From positions 9,116,001 through 9,180,000 of the forward strand of contig CM075990.1 of NCBI GenBank assembly GCA_038087875.1: a stretch of 64,000 bases of DNA, given 5' to 3'. Below the pieces are notes generated by a model. The model was not told where the DNA came from and did not search any database. It saw only the letters and a program-made list of their open reading frames with translations. This DNA is from Malacoraja senta. Taxonomy: Eukaryota. Position numbers and translations under genes: made by a program. Position 1 is the stretch's first letter. Each line of letters opens with the position of its first letter. Of this stretch, positions 28,466 to 41,098 are shown in pieces.

Positions 28466-28710
28466 GTAGGAAAGAACTACAGATGCTGGTTTAAATCAAA
28501 GTTAGACATAAAATGCTGGAGTAACTCAGCGGGACAGGTAGCATCTCTGGAGAGAAGGAATGGGTGACGTTTCGGGTCGAGACCCTTCTTCAGTCTGAAG
28601 AAAGGTCACGACCTGAAGAGCAGTCTGAAGAAGGGTCTTGAGCTGAAACGTCACCCATTCCTCTCCAGAAATGCTGCCTGTCCCGCTGAGTTACTCCAGC
28701 ATTTTGTGTC
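28466..28710. mobile_element. Palindromic Penelope-derived hairpin with about 14-bp TSD and hammerhead cores
   Basis: Arms of about 90 bp. ttgcc(c)ccaaaatat occurs at 28451-28465 and 28711-28724. Confidence 0.85.
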
Positions 28711-29101
28711 TTGCCCCAAAATATATATTTTTAATGTTTTAAAAAGCAGAAGATATTTCCCCATGTTTTAAATCACACCCTGCAACATTTTGGTTACTGT
28801 TGTCATATTCTTAAACTATTATCTGCAATAATAATATGATATTAATGATGGGCAAGGTTATGCGCCTGCAGCAAAATACATCTTTGACAGTTATATTGCA
28901 GCTAATGCAGAGGGAAGCAAACAGTGTGTGTATGTGCCATGGTCAGTATCAACCAGTCACTATGATCACTTGAATAGATCCAACAACACCAATGGCAAAC
29001 AACATTCTTTTTTTTTTAATCAGAAATGTAGCTGACACTGTTTTGTTAATGGCAGTTAATGGATGGATATGGTAATAATTTCTAACAGGTGACAAACTTA
29101 C

Positions 29102-29188
29102 CAGTTGTTGTTGTAAATATTCAATCATCTGATCTTTTCTTTTCATTTCCTCTTGCAAAATCTGGATCTCTCCAAGTAGCTCATCAGT
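29102..29188 (-). CDS. CCSER2: Internal coding exon (87 nt, phase 0/0), coiled coil TDELLGEIQILQEEMKRKDQMIEYLQQQL
   Basis: Minus strand: acceptor ttttcttcttgtccag|ACT and donor CTG|gtaagt, with an open frame. The peptide resembles my recollection of the vertebrate CCSER2 segment NEDLLNEIKQLKDEIKKKDEKIQLLELQL (not searched). Confidence 0.85.
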
Positions 29189-29399
29189 CTGGACAAGAAG
29201 AAAAGCAACAAGTAATTATGTTATGTATAAATGCAATAGCATAGATTCACCAACCTGGCTGACCATAATTTGACACAAAGGCAAATATATTGTATTAAAT
29301 TCTATAAGTATGATATCATGTATACGTACAGATGTCATGTACGATACAGCAGCAGGCATACTCATTTCAGCCTCAGCAGGTTATTACAGACTTAAAAGT

Positions 29400-30180
29400 A
29401 TCTTCACAGATGAGCACAGTTCCAGCTGACACACCAGTGCAATACTAATGGAGTTCTGCACTCCAGAGGTTGCAATGAAGACATGCCTGGTCAAAAATCA
29501 ATACGTTTTGGGGTATTATTGGAATCAAGAGCCAGGGTAGTTCAGGACAGCAACACTAAGATGAAGGATGCGCCTTGATCTATTGAATAACAGAGCAGGA
29601 ATGAAGGGTCAAATGACCTCTTCCTATCTCTTACGAATTCTCTCAAAGCACTACATCAAAGAGTTAGGCATCACCCCTTCTGCCTTGGGCCAATATTTAT
29701 TCCCCAATAAACATCATTAAAATAGTTTATCTGATGGTTTTCATGTGGCCTGAAATGTGAGCTTATTGTGCGTACATTTGGAGTGGCACAGTAGAGCAGC
29801 GGAGCGGCACGGTAACGCAGCAGTATTGCTGGCTTACAATGTCCAAGACCCAGGTTCAAACCCGAGTACGGGTGCTGTCTGTACGGAGTTTATACCTTCT
29901 TTTCCCCGGAGCTCCGGTTTTCTCCCCACTCCAAAGATGTACAGGTTTGCAGTTTAACTGGCTTCAGTAAAGATTGTAAATTATCCCTAGTGTGTAAGAT
30001 AGTGCGTGTACGCGGAACACTGTTTGGAGAGTACTCAGTGGGCCGATGGGCCTGTTTCCACGCTGTATCTCTAAATTAAACTAAAATTAGCTTATTTTTA
30101 ATTACAGTAGCGCCTAAAGCTCAAAATCTTCACTGATGATAAAGCACTTCAGGACATCAAGGCTGTGAAAGATGTTCACC
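29400..30180 (+). mobile_element. DeuSINE (SacSINE1-like), split by a CR1 tail (about 29500-29640) and an HE1 SINE
   Basis: gagcacagttccagctgacacaccagtgcaatactaatggagttctgcact...ggccaatatttattcccc...gagcttattgtgcgtacatttgg | ...aaagcacttcaggacatc...gtgaaagatg. Confidence 0.55.
29800..30086 (+). mobile_element. HE1-type V-SINE
   Basis: gcggcacggtaacgcagcagta...ggttcaaaccc...gggcctgtttccacgctgtatctctaaa. Confidence 0.85.
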
Positions 30181-30219
30181 AGATTTTTGTGCTCTAGATC
30201 TAAGGGAGTCCAAGTTAGC

Positions 30220-31620
30220 ATAAGAAATAAAAGGAGGGATAAAACATTCAGCTCCTTGCCCACGCTCAGCCATTCAAAATGATCATGCCTGATCTTTCAC
30301 CCCAGTTCCATTTTTCTGCACTCCATACCCATTGATCTCTTCAATATCCAAAAATAAATTAGTCTCTGACTTGAATATAGTCAATAGCTGAATCTCTAAA
30401 GCCCTTTTGTGGAGAGAATTCCAAAGATTCATTACCCTGTGGGTGAAGATTTTTTTAATCATCAAGCTTGAATATCCAACTGTGCCTCCCGAGATAAAAG
30501 ACACTCAGCTCCAGCAAAATATCATTCCTTTATTGAAACTATCAAGCCCTATAAGAATGTTTTAATACCTCAATGATCACAGCTCACTCATCTAAATGCC
30601 CAACAGTATAGGCTTAGTCTATTTAATCTCTCTTCTTAATCAATCCAGCGATCTTTTCATCATCTGCCTTTGCTGTGAATGCATTCTTTTTTAAGTAGGT
30701 AATCAGATTTGTGTATAATATTCCAGATGTCATTTTATCGGGGCCTGGTACAATTTCATAAGATAACTTTATTCATACTCATTTACTTTTGCAATAGCAG
30801 CCAACATACTATTTACCTTCCTTGCTCTTTGCTGTACTAATTCATTTCCATTAATTTGCAGTAAAGGACACGTCAGCTTTTAACATTGACAATTTTCAAC
30901 TCAGCCCATCTAAAAATAAAGCTCGGCTCAATCACTTAGCTTGTCTATGCCCTCTTAAAGTCTCTCTGCATCCTCTTCACAACTCAATCCAGTCTTTCAT
31001 CATCAACAAAAGTGGATAATTCATTGGCTTTGCTCATCCAACAGAGATTCACAGTTATATTGCAAGAAAACAAACCCTTCAGCTCAACTCAACCATGCCA
31101 ATCAAAATTACTATCTACACTCAATTTGCATGCATTTGGCCCATACCCTCTAAGCCTTTCTGACCCATGTACCTGTCCAAGTACCTTCTAACTTTAGTGA
31201 TTGTATCTGGCAGATTATTCTATCTACCCACAACCTCTGCATGAAATAATTGCTACTCAGATCCCATTCTTTCCCCTCTCACTTTAAATATGCGTCAAGC
31301 TTTAGCATCCTCTACCCTGGGAAACATTTTGTGCCTATCTACCCTTTGTATGTCTCTCATAATTTTAAAAGTCTCTCAGGTCACCAGTCCACCATCTCCG
31401 TTCCATGGAAATAAGCCCCAGCCTATCCATTCACTACTTAGAACACTGAGTGCAGGCAACACAGTGGTGAATCTTGTCTGCAACATTTCTAGTTAAATCG
31501 CATCCTTCCTATTGCACGACCACCAGAACTGCACATTATACTTCAACTGCAGCCTAACCAACTGTAACATGACTTCCCAAATCCTATATTCAATGCCTCG
31601 GGCAATGAAGGCAAGCATTC
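30220..31620 (-). mobile_element. Two degenerate CR1 3' fragments
   Basis: ORF 30283-30504 contains FTHRVMNLWNSLHKRALE. A second CR1 tail starts at about 31050. Confidence 0.7.
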
Positions 31621-31899
31621 ATATGGGTAATAAAGCACAAAGCTCAGTTTGTGCAGTGGCAGAAATACTGCAAACCACCTCAAATGCTTTTGTGAACTTT
31701 GCTTGTTTAAACTAACGGCCTAATTAGACTTTGCCTTCTAAGGTGCCGCCACCTACTTGTTAACCGGGAAGGAAACATGGGCACAATAAACAGATCCCTG
31801 CAATAGAGGCATTGAGCAATTTTGGCTCTTTATTCCATTAATGAGAAAGTAATGGGAAGAAGTACCTAGAAATAATCTTTAGTTTGACAGAATAGCCAT

Positions 31900-32222
31900 T
31901 TATATGATGTTCCATTTTTGGAGAATCTAAAATAAATGTAATATAATCATATGAAATCCAGCAAGAAACTGAGATAAATTTCGTTAGCTAGGGAGTGGTT
32001 AAAAAAGTAAAACTCTTTGCTACTGGATCTTTATGAGGTGAACCATGGATGTATGGGGGAAATGGAAGCTTATAGTTAAAAAGTCATGTTTTGTATGGAG
32101 TAAGGCAGGTACGGGATACTGAGTTGGATGATCAGCCATGATCATATTGAATGGCGGTGCAGGCTCGAAGGGCCGAATGGCCTACTCCTGCACCTATTTT
32201 CTATGTATCTATGTATCTATGT
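31900..32222 (+). mobile_element. CR1 3' fragments
   Basis: gatcagccatgatcatattgaatggcggtgcaggctcgaagggccgaatggcctactcctgcacctatttt plus (CTATGTAT)n. Confidence 0.8.
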
Positions 32223-33609
32223 AAGGGGACTCATGTGGTACATACACATTCCCATAGACCATTTGGGTAAAATGATCTCTTTCAGTGTTGTATGTTTTTA
32301 AATAGGTGACCAAATACATTTTATAATACACACTTATCAACCCACTTGCCTGCAATGAACCCACTTTCATTTTATGTTTGATGGAAGTCAAACCCAATGA
32401 AACTAAATAAATGTAAAAGTTTATGGAAAAAAATAATCAATAGAAAGTTCTGGAAGGGCAAAACAATAAGGTTGAAAATGAAAAATAATGATTGATGAGA
32501 ATTTCACCAAAATAAAGCAAAAATTAAGCAAATATGCAAACTAGACCAAATGAAAAAAATGACACAAATGATAATAACATTATCCAATTCCAACCTCTGT
32601 ACTAATGTTGGTTATTAATTGCAATTTATTTTTCATTTATCCATCTACACATTGGTCATTTTCTCCCCTAGTCTGCACATCATCCTAGTCAGCAACTTTA
32701 TATTTTCAATGTTCTTGTAATTTTTATAATTGTGATATTTGTTAACAATTGCTGTTTGGGACTGTGCAAAGGGTTGGATCTGTATTTTACTTAAGACTAT
32801 CTGCTTCTCCATTGAACAAACCAGCACCATTGAATGTGAGTTCTTCAGATAACAACATAAAATTGAATCTGGCTCTGCTGAATCCCATTTACGTGACTGT
32901 GTTCTGTCAGGTCTGTCGAACAAGCATGATTTTGAGGTAATGTATTACATGTACAACATGATTACTAATCTGCAGTCTTCCTCACGGCATGAAGAATATG
33001 CCAATGGCTTTGCCACCAGGAAAGATATGACTGACTATAATGATGAAAAGCCAGTTGTTAATGCATTTGGCCATTATTAATACATTTACAAATATCAATT
33101 TTCAGTTTTAAATGGATATAAAATCAGAGAGACGGAATCATGGTCAAAAGAGGTCAGAAAACATTTTTTACTTTTGGAATTATTTTGAAATTATGCTTGT
33201 ATTTTGTGTCCATAATCCAAGTTGCTGCCATCAAGCTGAGAGAGCACTGTCCATTAAGTCTAACAAACAGCAATGGGTCCTAATGAGCACCAGTAACTCA
33301 TAATTGTAATTTATTAAAATATATAAAATCTTCAAATATATATTCAAAGTTAACTGCTCCATAAGGAAACAGCTGCCCATTCAGGATTTAATTTATTCCA
33401 GGAGGCTTCCTGTTATGTTTTCTCTTTCAATACAATCCAGTTCCATTTTATCTCCCCCTCAACCTGTTTTTTCCTTTGAAGAAATTGTATCAGACAATGT
33501 GAAATGTGGCCACATTCAGACAATTCTCACAAGTTAAAGCAACTAAAATAGTGAATAAGCCTTTGAAATTATAATGTTTTAAAGAGAACATACAATTGAC
33601 TGGTGTCAT

Positions 33610-36600
33610 GGTCATAGAGTGTGGAAACAGGCCATTTGGTATGATTCTTTCATGCTGACCTATTGCCCATCTGTGCTATTCCCATTTTCCTGCATTTGGT
33701 CCATTCCCCTCAATTTGTTCCTATCCTTGTACCTGTTCCTGTTGAATTGATTTTTGAATGCTGTAATTGTACTTGCCTCCACCACACCTGTCGGCAGCTT
33801 GTTTCACATACTCATGCTGAGTAATCTGAGTTTTCTGCAGAGTACTCATCACAGAGAACCATCACAGCCTATTCAATCATTCCTTGCAACTGCACCCTTC
33901 CAGTCCAGACAACACCCTGGCGAATCACTTCTGCACTCTTTATAGTGCCCCCACATCCTTCCCATTATGCAGGGACTTGAACCATGCATACTATTCCAAG
34001 TGTGACCTCATCAACGTTTTGTTCAGCTCTTCAAATTCTTACACTCAATACCCTTTCCTGTGAAGGCAAGCAAGCAAAATGCCTTCTTCAAAACCATATC
34101 CACATCATAGAAACATATAGGTGCAGGAATAGGCCATTCGGCCCTTCGAGCCTGCACCATCATTCAATATGATCATGGCTGATCATCCAGAATCAGTACC
34201 CCATTCCTGCTTTCTCCCCATATCCCTTGATTCTGATATCCTATTGCATTTTCAGGGAGCTGTGAACTTGCACCTTAAGATCCTTCTGCACATCAACATT
34301 TCTAAGGTCTTCACACTTTACTGTATATGTCCAGCCAAAATTAGACAACCCATTAATGTATTACCTGACACTTGCCTGGATTAAATTCCATTGCCATGCC
34401 TTCAAGTTCAAGTTCAAGTGAGTTTATTGTCATGTGTCCCTGATAGGACAATGACATTCTTGCTTTGCTTCAGCACAACAGAACATAGTAGGCATTGACT
34501 ACAAAACAGATCAGTGTGTCGATATACCATTCTATAAATATATACACACATGAATAAATAAACTGATCAAGTGCAAATGACAGTTAATGGGCTATTAAAG
34601 TTCAGAGTTTTGTCCGAGCCAAGTTTAATAGCCTGATGGCTGTGGGGAAGTAGCTATTCCTGAACCTGGTCGTTGCAGTCTTCAGGCTCCTGTACCTTCT
34701 ACCTGAAGGTAGTAGGGAGATGAGTGTGTGGCCAGGATGGTATCGGTCCTTGATGATACTGCCAGCCTTTTTGAGGCAGCGACTGCGATAGATCCCCTCG
34801 ATGGAAGGGAGGTCAGAGCCGATGATGGACTGGGCAGTGTTTACTACTTTTTGTAGTCTTTTCCTCTCAAGTTGCCGAACCAAGACACGATGCAACCGGT
34901 CAGCATTCTCTCTACTGTGCACCTGTAGAAGTTAGAGAGAGTCCTCCTTGACAAACCGACTCTCCGTAATCTTCTCAGGAAGTAGAGGCACTGATGTGCT
35001 TTCTTAATAATGGCATCAGTGTTCTCGGACCAGGAAAGATCTTCAGAGATGTGCATGCCCAGGAATTTGAAGCTCTTGACCCTTTCAACCATCGACCCGT
35101 TGATATAAACGGGACTATGGGTCCCCATCCTACTCCTTCCAAAGTGCACAATCAGTTCCTTGGTTTTGCTGGTGTTGAAGGCCAGGTTATTGTGCTGGCA
35201 TCATATGGACAGTTGCTCTATCTCTCTTCGATACTCTAACTCATCCCCATCAGTGATACGTTCCACAACAGTGGTGTCATCAGCGAACTTGATGATGGAG
35301 TTCGCACTATGACCGGCTACGCAGTCATGAGTATTGAGAGTACAGCAGGGGGCTGAGCCCGCAGCCTTGAGGTGCTCCCGTGCTGATTGTTATCGAGTCT
35401 GACACATTTCCACCAATACGAACAGACTGTGGTCTGAGAGTGAGGAAGTCAAGGATCCAATTGCAGAGGGATGCGCAGAGACCCAGTTCTGCGAGTTTGG
35501 TAACCAGCTTGGAGGGGATGATTGTATTAAATGCCGAGCTGTAATCGATGAATAACAGCCTGACATATGAGTTTTTGTTGTCCAAGTGGTCCAGAGCGGA
35601 GTGGAGGGCCAGCGAGATCGCATCCACCATTGATCTGTTGTGGCGGTATGCGAACTGCAGTGGGTCCAGGTTTTTGTCGAGGTTCAATCAACTTTCCAGC
35701 TGATCTATGTCCCTTCGTATCTTTCGACAATGGATCCAGCTATCTACAACACGACCAAACTTTGTGTAATAAACAATTCAACTTATCAGACCACAGATAT
35801 TCTCATCCAAGTCATATGGCACAAAGCAAAAGTCCCAACAGGAACCATCTCTGCAGTATACCACTCAATATAGACCTAGTCAGAAAGTCACTCCAAAGAC
35901 ATGCAGTTAATTGGCTTGGTAAATGTAAAAATTGTCCCTAGTATGTGCAGGATAGTGTTAATATGCGGGGATCGCTGGTCGGCATGGACCCGGTGGGCCT
36001 GTTTCCAAGCTGCATCTCTAAACTAAACTAAAAAACAAATCCTGCAGCTCCATCATTGGCCAACTTTGGATCGAGTTTGCCAAAACACCTTGGATCCCAT
36101 ATGCCGGAATAGTTTGGACCAGCCTAGTGTGGGGGAAAAAGCTTTGCCAGTCTGTGTATAACATATCTATTGCCTTCATCAATTTTCTTAGTAATTCCCT
36201 CAAAAAGCTCAATCGGATTTAAGAGGCAGGAATTCTCACGCACAAAACCATATTGACCTCCCCTAATCAGTCCTTTTTTTTCCAAGTGATTATAAATCCA
36301 ATCCTAGAAATGTTTTCCATAGATTCTCTACGACTGACAGAAGGTTCACGGGTCTGCCTGTATTTTTTTTTGATTATCCCTTAGTTCTAATAATGTTTTG
36401 GTATTCTCTTTCATTCTGTTGACCAGCGCTATTTCATGGTCGCTTTTGACCTTCCTAACTATTTTTTTAGATCCCTCCTATATCCTCTACAAACTTCAAA
36501 GCTCTCACTTAATAACAATTTCCTCCATCTAATATACACGTCCTTCTTTTTCCTGATCAATCCTCAATTTCCCTTGTTAACGAAGGTTTCCTAATCTTAC

Positions 36601-36970
36601 CATCTTTGATTCTTAACCTTACAGGGACATGCTGACACTGAACTCTTATCTTTCACTTTTAACCGACTCTCACTTGTTTTTCCCTCTGGCAGCCGCTCCC
36701 AGTCTACGTTTGCCAGCCCCTGTTCTACACTATTGAAATCAGACCTCTCCCCAATTTAAGACCAGAGTTCTAGGTCCAACCTAGTACTTTTCCAGGACTT
36801 CCTTAAATCTTAACTGGTTGTGGCCATGTTCACAAAGTGCTCCTCCACAGACACCTCCACCACTTTCCTAGCCTCCTTACCTAAAATGCGGTCAAGTACA
36901 ACTCCTTTCCTTGTAGACTCTCTGTGTGCTGCTGTAAAAACTCACCTGGGATGCATTTAACAAATTTCAC
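33610..36970 (-). mobile_element. Long degenerate CR1 LINE, interrupted by a CR1 tail (about 34107-34232), Rex1 (34407-35682) and partial HE1 (about 35885-36030)
   Basis: CR1 tail at about 33615. RT remnants in ORF 36018-36212 (DMLYTD...PHTRLVQTI...GIQGVLANSIQSW). Confidence 0.65.
34407..35682 (-). mobile_element. Rex1/Babar LINE, 5'-truncated, with RT domain
   Basis: [13 protein letters not shown]...[21 protein letters not shown]...TGAPQG; KFADDTTV at about 35270-35290; tail atgacaataaa plus (CTTGAA)n. Possible ttcaa TSD. Confidence 0.9.
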
Positions 36971-37409
36971 CATTTTCAGGGACTGTGAACTTGCCATTCA
37001 AGGTGCCTTACATCAAGACAATCCTAGTAAATAGTGGAAAATTGGACAATCACAACTACAACCCTACTGCTATTACATTCTATCGCTATTTGTTTTTAGA
37101 TAGCTGAAAAAGAATCAAACCATGTGTGTGAACAAACTGTAATTATGAGACTACATAGCAACAATATCAGCAAAAATAGAAGACCGGAATGAAAAACCCA
37201 ATCTAATGAAAGAATCATAATCAATTAGAAGTAAACACAGAAAATGTTGTTAACACTCAGCATGTGTGTGAGGGAAATTAAATTAGGACTAGCTCTGAAA
37301 AATTAATTAACTTTCCCCTTTATAGATGCAATCAGAACGGCTGAATATTTCTCCAATTTCTGTTTATAGTTTAATATTAGATTAAAGATTCAGAGGAATG
37401 TTGTCTGGA

Positions 37410-37705
37410 CTGGACTGATTGATTGAAAGATATAGCATGGAAACAGGTACATCGGCTCACTAGTTCTATGTTATCCCACTGTTTCATCCATTCCCTGAAC
37501 ACTTGGGGCAATTTTATAGAGGCCAATTAACCTACGAACCTGTACGTCCATGAGAGGTGGGAGGAAACTGGAGTACCCAGAGGAAACCCACACGGTCACA
37601 GGGAGAATGTGCACACTCTATACAGACAGCTCCAGAGATCAGGATTGACCCCGAGTCTCTGGCACCACGAGACAGCAGCTCAACCAGCTGCATCACTGCG
37701 CCAAC
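37410..37705 (-). mobile_element. HE1-related V-SINE
   Basis: Minus strand tggcgcagtgatgcagctggttgagctgctgtctc...ttctccctgtgaccgtgtgggtttcctctgggtactccagtttcctcccac. Confidence 0.75.
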
Positions 37706-38945
37706 CATTAATACAGATTTTTAGTATACAGTCTATTTTTCTAATCCATTGCTGTTGGGGGGAAAAATGTATCTCAAAAGGTTGTGTAATAATTTTGATA
37801 AAGTGAAAAAAGAGATTAACAATGGAAACATAAATGTAATGGAGTACTTGGTAGCAGAAAATAATTAAGTGACAATAACTCTTCCTAGCATTTAAGCGTT
37901 ACTTAAAAAATGACATTCTTCAGCCCTAATCCTAACTCTATTTCACTTGGCTGGCTACACAGCAATACGTTGAATAATAAATTACAGCATAGTTTTTTCT
38001 ATGAATTATTGTATAAATTGAATCCAATTAAATAAATACTTAACCTTTAAACAAGTTCATTAAAAAAAAGTTACGGTATGTTCAAACTGAAGTCAGACAT
38101 CAGCACATAGTCCTTATGGCTAATAATTTAATTAATAATAAATGCAACAAGTGGTAATTGGCAATCAAAATAATTTATAAATTAAAGCTAAGGATGGTAA
38201 AATATGCATGAAATTGGCAATCTAATCAATTTATTACACCAAAGCCTTGAATTGTTCGATATTAATACATGCAATTATTTTGATGTGTTAATTAGCAATT
38301 AAATAGAGATTTTACTATCAGAAACTTATTGATATATTTTATTATCAATTGCTCAATGCATATTTTGAACAAACATTGGATGTGAAAATGAAACATTGTG
38401 AATGCTTTTTCCCTTCATTGTTTTTAAGATCATTTTTGTAAAGATCTTGCATACACTCAATCTGTGTCAATGGAGCAGGATACAGATCCCAATTCAATCT
38501 GTCCCAGTACTATGCATACTGAAAGAAAAAGGCTTCAATATAAACAGATCAGTTTAATCCATGATTTGAAAGTTTAAATCCAGGGACTGAGACTAGTCAA
38601 AACAAAATAACCTTTGTACCATTCGTTCTACAAAAGATCAGAGTCCTACAAAACAGAGAACATTTCAGGAACAATTGGAGGCTTCAGAGAGGGTGTAGAG
38701 AGGTTTATCAGAATGCTGTCTGGATTGGAGTGTATTGGCTAGAACGAGAGGTTAGAGGAGGGGGAGGGGGAGAGGGGAGGGGGAGAGGGGGAGGGGGAGG
38801 GGGAGGGGGCGAGGGAGAGGGACTCGCACTGGTTGTGTAACACCAAGTCTTTGAGACACCGACATTTTCCCAGGAAGAGGGACACGTGGGGCTTCTTGCA
38901 CATGCTTCTTTCCATAAGTCAACCTGTGCATCCTCGAGATCAATC

Positions 38946-41098
38946 ATGTGGCGTTACCTGAAAAATGCGGCAAACCCAAAGGATGAGGCAGCAAAAAGAA
39001 AAAATGAAATGGATAAGGAGTATGAGGATGAGAAAAGATCAAGAAGTTATGGGAACGCGATCACAAATGTTGAGGTACGATGAGATGAAAGGGGAAATGT
39101 TCTGCCACCTGTGCAGGGAGGCAAACGTGAAGGGTGAGCCAGGGAAAAAAATGAATATGTTTTTTAATGGTAGCACGAGTTTTAGGCTGCACTCAGTCAA
39201 GAAACATGAAGAGAGCCAGAACCACCAAAAAGCAGTTGGAATAATGGCAGCAAGACATGCATGCGATGGTACCATCAACACAGAGTTTGTAGCAGTGGCA
39301 AAGGTGGAAACTGCAGATGCCGAGTCCATCAAAGCTGCCACTCTGCATACCCTGAAGGACAGACTGGAGATGGATGAAGAGGAAGTGTCCCAGAAACTGG
39401 TGGGCTTCAGCTCTGATGGAACAAGTGTGATGCAGGGGAGGAAAGGTGGCGTCGCAACTTTGATGAAGGGTCTGAATCCCGAAGTACAGGCAGTGCATTG
39501 CTCTGCCCATCGGCTAGAGTTGGCCTTCAAGGACGCCACGAAGGGAGTCAACCTGCGTAACACAGTCAACTCTCTTTTTCTGAACTTATACTTGTTCTAC
39601 ATGAACAGTTCAAAAAACAGAATGCCCTCAAAGGAAGCAGTTGGAATCGCTCCAGCAATCCCGACGAGGGTGGGAGGAACAAGATGGATTCCCCACCTTG
39701 AACGGGCCATACGGAATTTCCTCAGAGGCTACCAAGCGATTGTGACTCATCTCTGTCAGGTATTAATTTGTTTTTTCTGAAACTGGAATCAATTGCAATT
39801 ATGAAATGAAATAACTACATGTTTTAGAACTTTCATGGAAGATTCCAGATAAAAATGAAAGAGGATGAGGCATGTCATTCCTCCAAAATAAATTGTTATA
39901 ACCAAATAGCAATCATTAAGCATGTCAAATACATGTGCACTACTGTTTTCCTGGCTCATTAATACCACCTTTCAATTTCTCTCATTATTCAAGCACAGGT
40001 GGACACTTCCAGCGAAGCCAGGGCCAAGGCGAAGGGATACATCAAGCTCTTGGAGCGCAGGGATGTGCTGATGTATATCCTTTTCCTGTACGGTGTTGTC
40101 ATCATACTTTGGGCAATATCAAGCATTACAGAATGACTGAGTGTTTTTTATTTTGAAAATATGGATATCAAGAATACTATAAATATGACCAATGAACTAA
40201 TGGTGCATTATGACCATAAATTCAACACTTTCACAACTGCTGGGGTTTTCTGCCAATCGGCCATCAACTTTACTTCCCATTTCAGGCTACACCACAAACT
40301 TTAATTTTACAGAGAAAACCCAACAAAGTTGCTGATAAAATGCTTAAATGCCACATGAAGGCATTTTCATTTTGGCTAGTCCCACATATGCAAAGTAATG
40401 TTACATGTTACTATAGTTCCATTTATATTTCCGCAAGGATGTGCTAATTTCAAACTGTTTTTTAATGATAGAATGTACACTAACGTTTCCGTGTGTAATG
40501 ATAAATGTCCATTTTTGCTTGAATCATTGCACAGGTGTCCCTTGTTGCACAGAAGTCAACATCAATGGTTGCGGATGTTGCAGCTTCCATTCATGCTGCT
40601 GAAACCATGCTTGCAATGTACAAGGAAAGGTAATTCTTGTCAAATGTTAACATACAATGAATTGTAAGATTAGAAGAAAAAACACTGAAACCATGTTGAA
40701 CGCAGCATTTTTTTTTTGTCGATCATACACACATTCTGCTGTAATGCTTTAAAGATAGGTTCACATTTCTGCGCAACAGTTTTGTTACAGTTTAGCAAAA
40801 TGAAGTTGTTTTACATTTCATGAACATATTGGTGCTACCTAACAGAAAAAAAATAATTGATCACCACATTATTAAAAAATGTTTTCATACATCAGGAAGT
40901 CACCGCCAAACATGCTTGAATTTCAAGCACATTTTCAGGGAGATCTGACTGGCAGCACCGACATTGAGGCTGGACTGACACAACTGCTGCATGGTCTGGC
41001 AACAAGTCTTCAAGGCAGATTTCATGACATGAGTGACGGAGTCTGCGAGGCAATGAAGATCGTCAGCTTCAACTTCTGGCCAGACGGCAAACTATCAG
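38946..41098 (+). pseudogene. Intron-containing hAT-family transposase (ZNF862/KIAA1586-like), decayed
   Basis: TTF-type Zn finger (MFCHLC...KKHEESQNH), catalytic SSDGTSVMQG, HCSAHRLEL (CxxH) and GTRW. Putative exons are 38946-39759, 39999-~40110, 40535-40629 and 40896-41098, with GT-AG and matching phases. There is a frameshift near 39050, an internal deletion after the Zn finger, and no C-terminal dimerisation exon was found. Confidence 0.85.

Noticed and set aside
32645..32923. Minus-strand ORF starting 'FDRPDR', which resembles a stretch I recall from human CCSER2
   Set aside because: There is no acceptor site, the similarity stops after six residues, and the intervening exons are not found between it and 29188. 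Most likely a coincidence.
38581..38596. Left TIR of the hAT element (cagggactgagac)
   Set aside because: Only the first 5 bases match the CAGGGCTCTCAAC end at 49876, and the flanking 8-mers are not duplicated.
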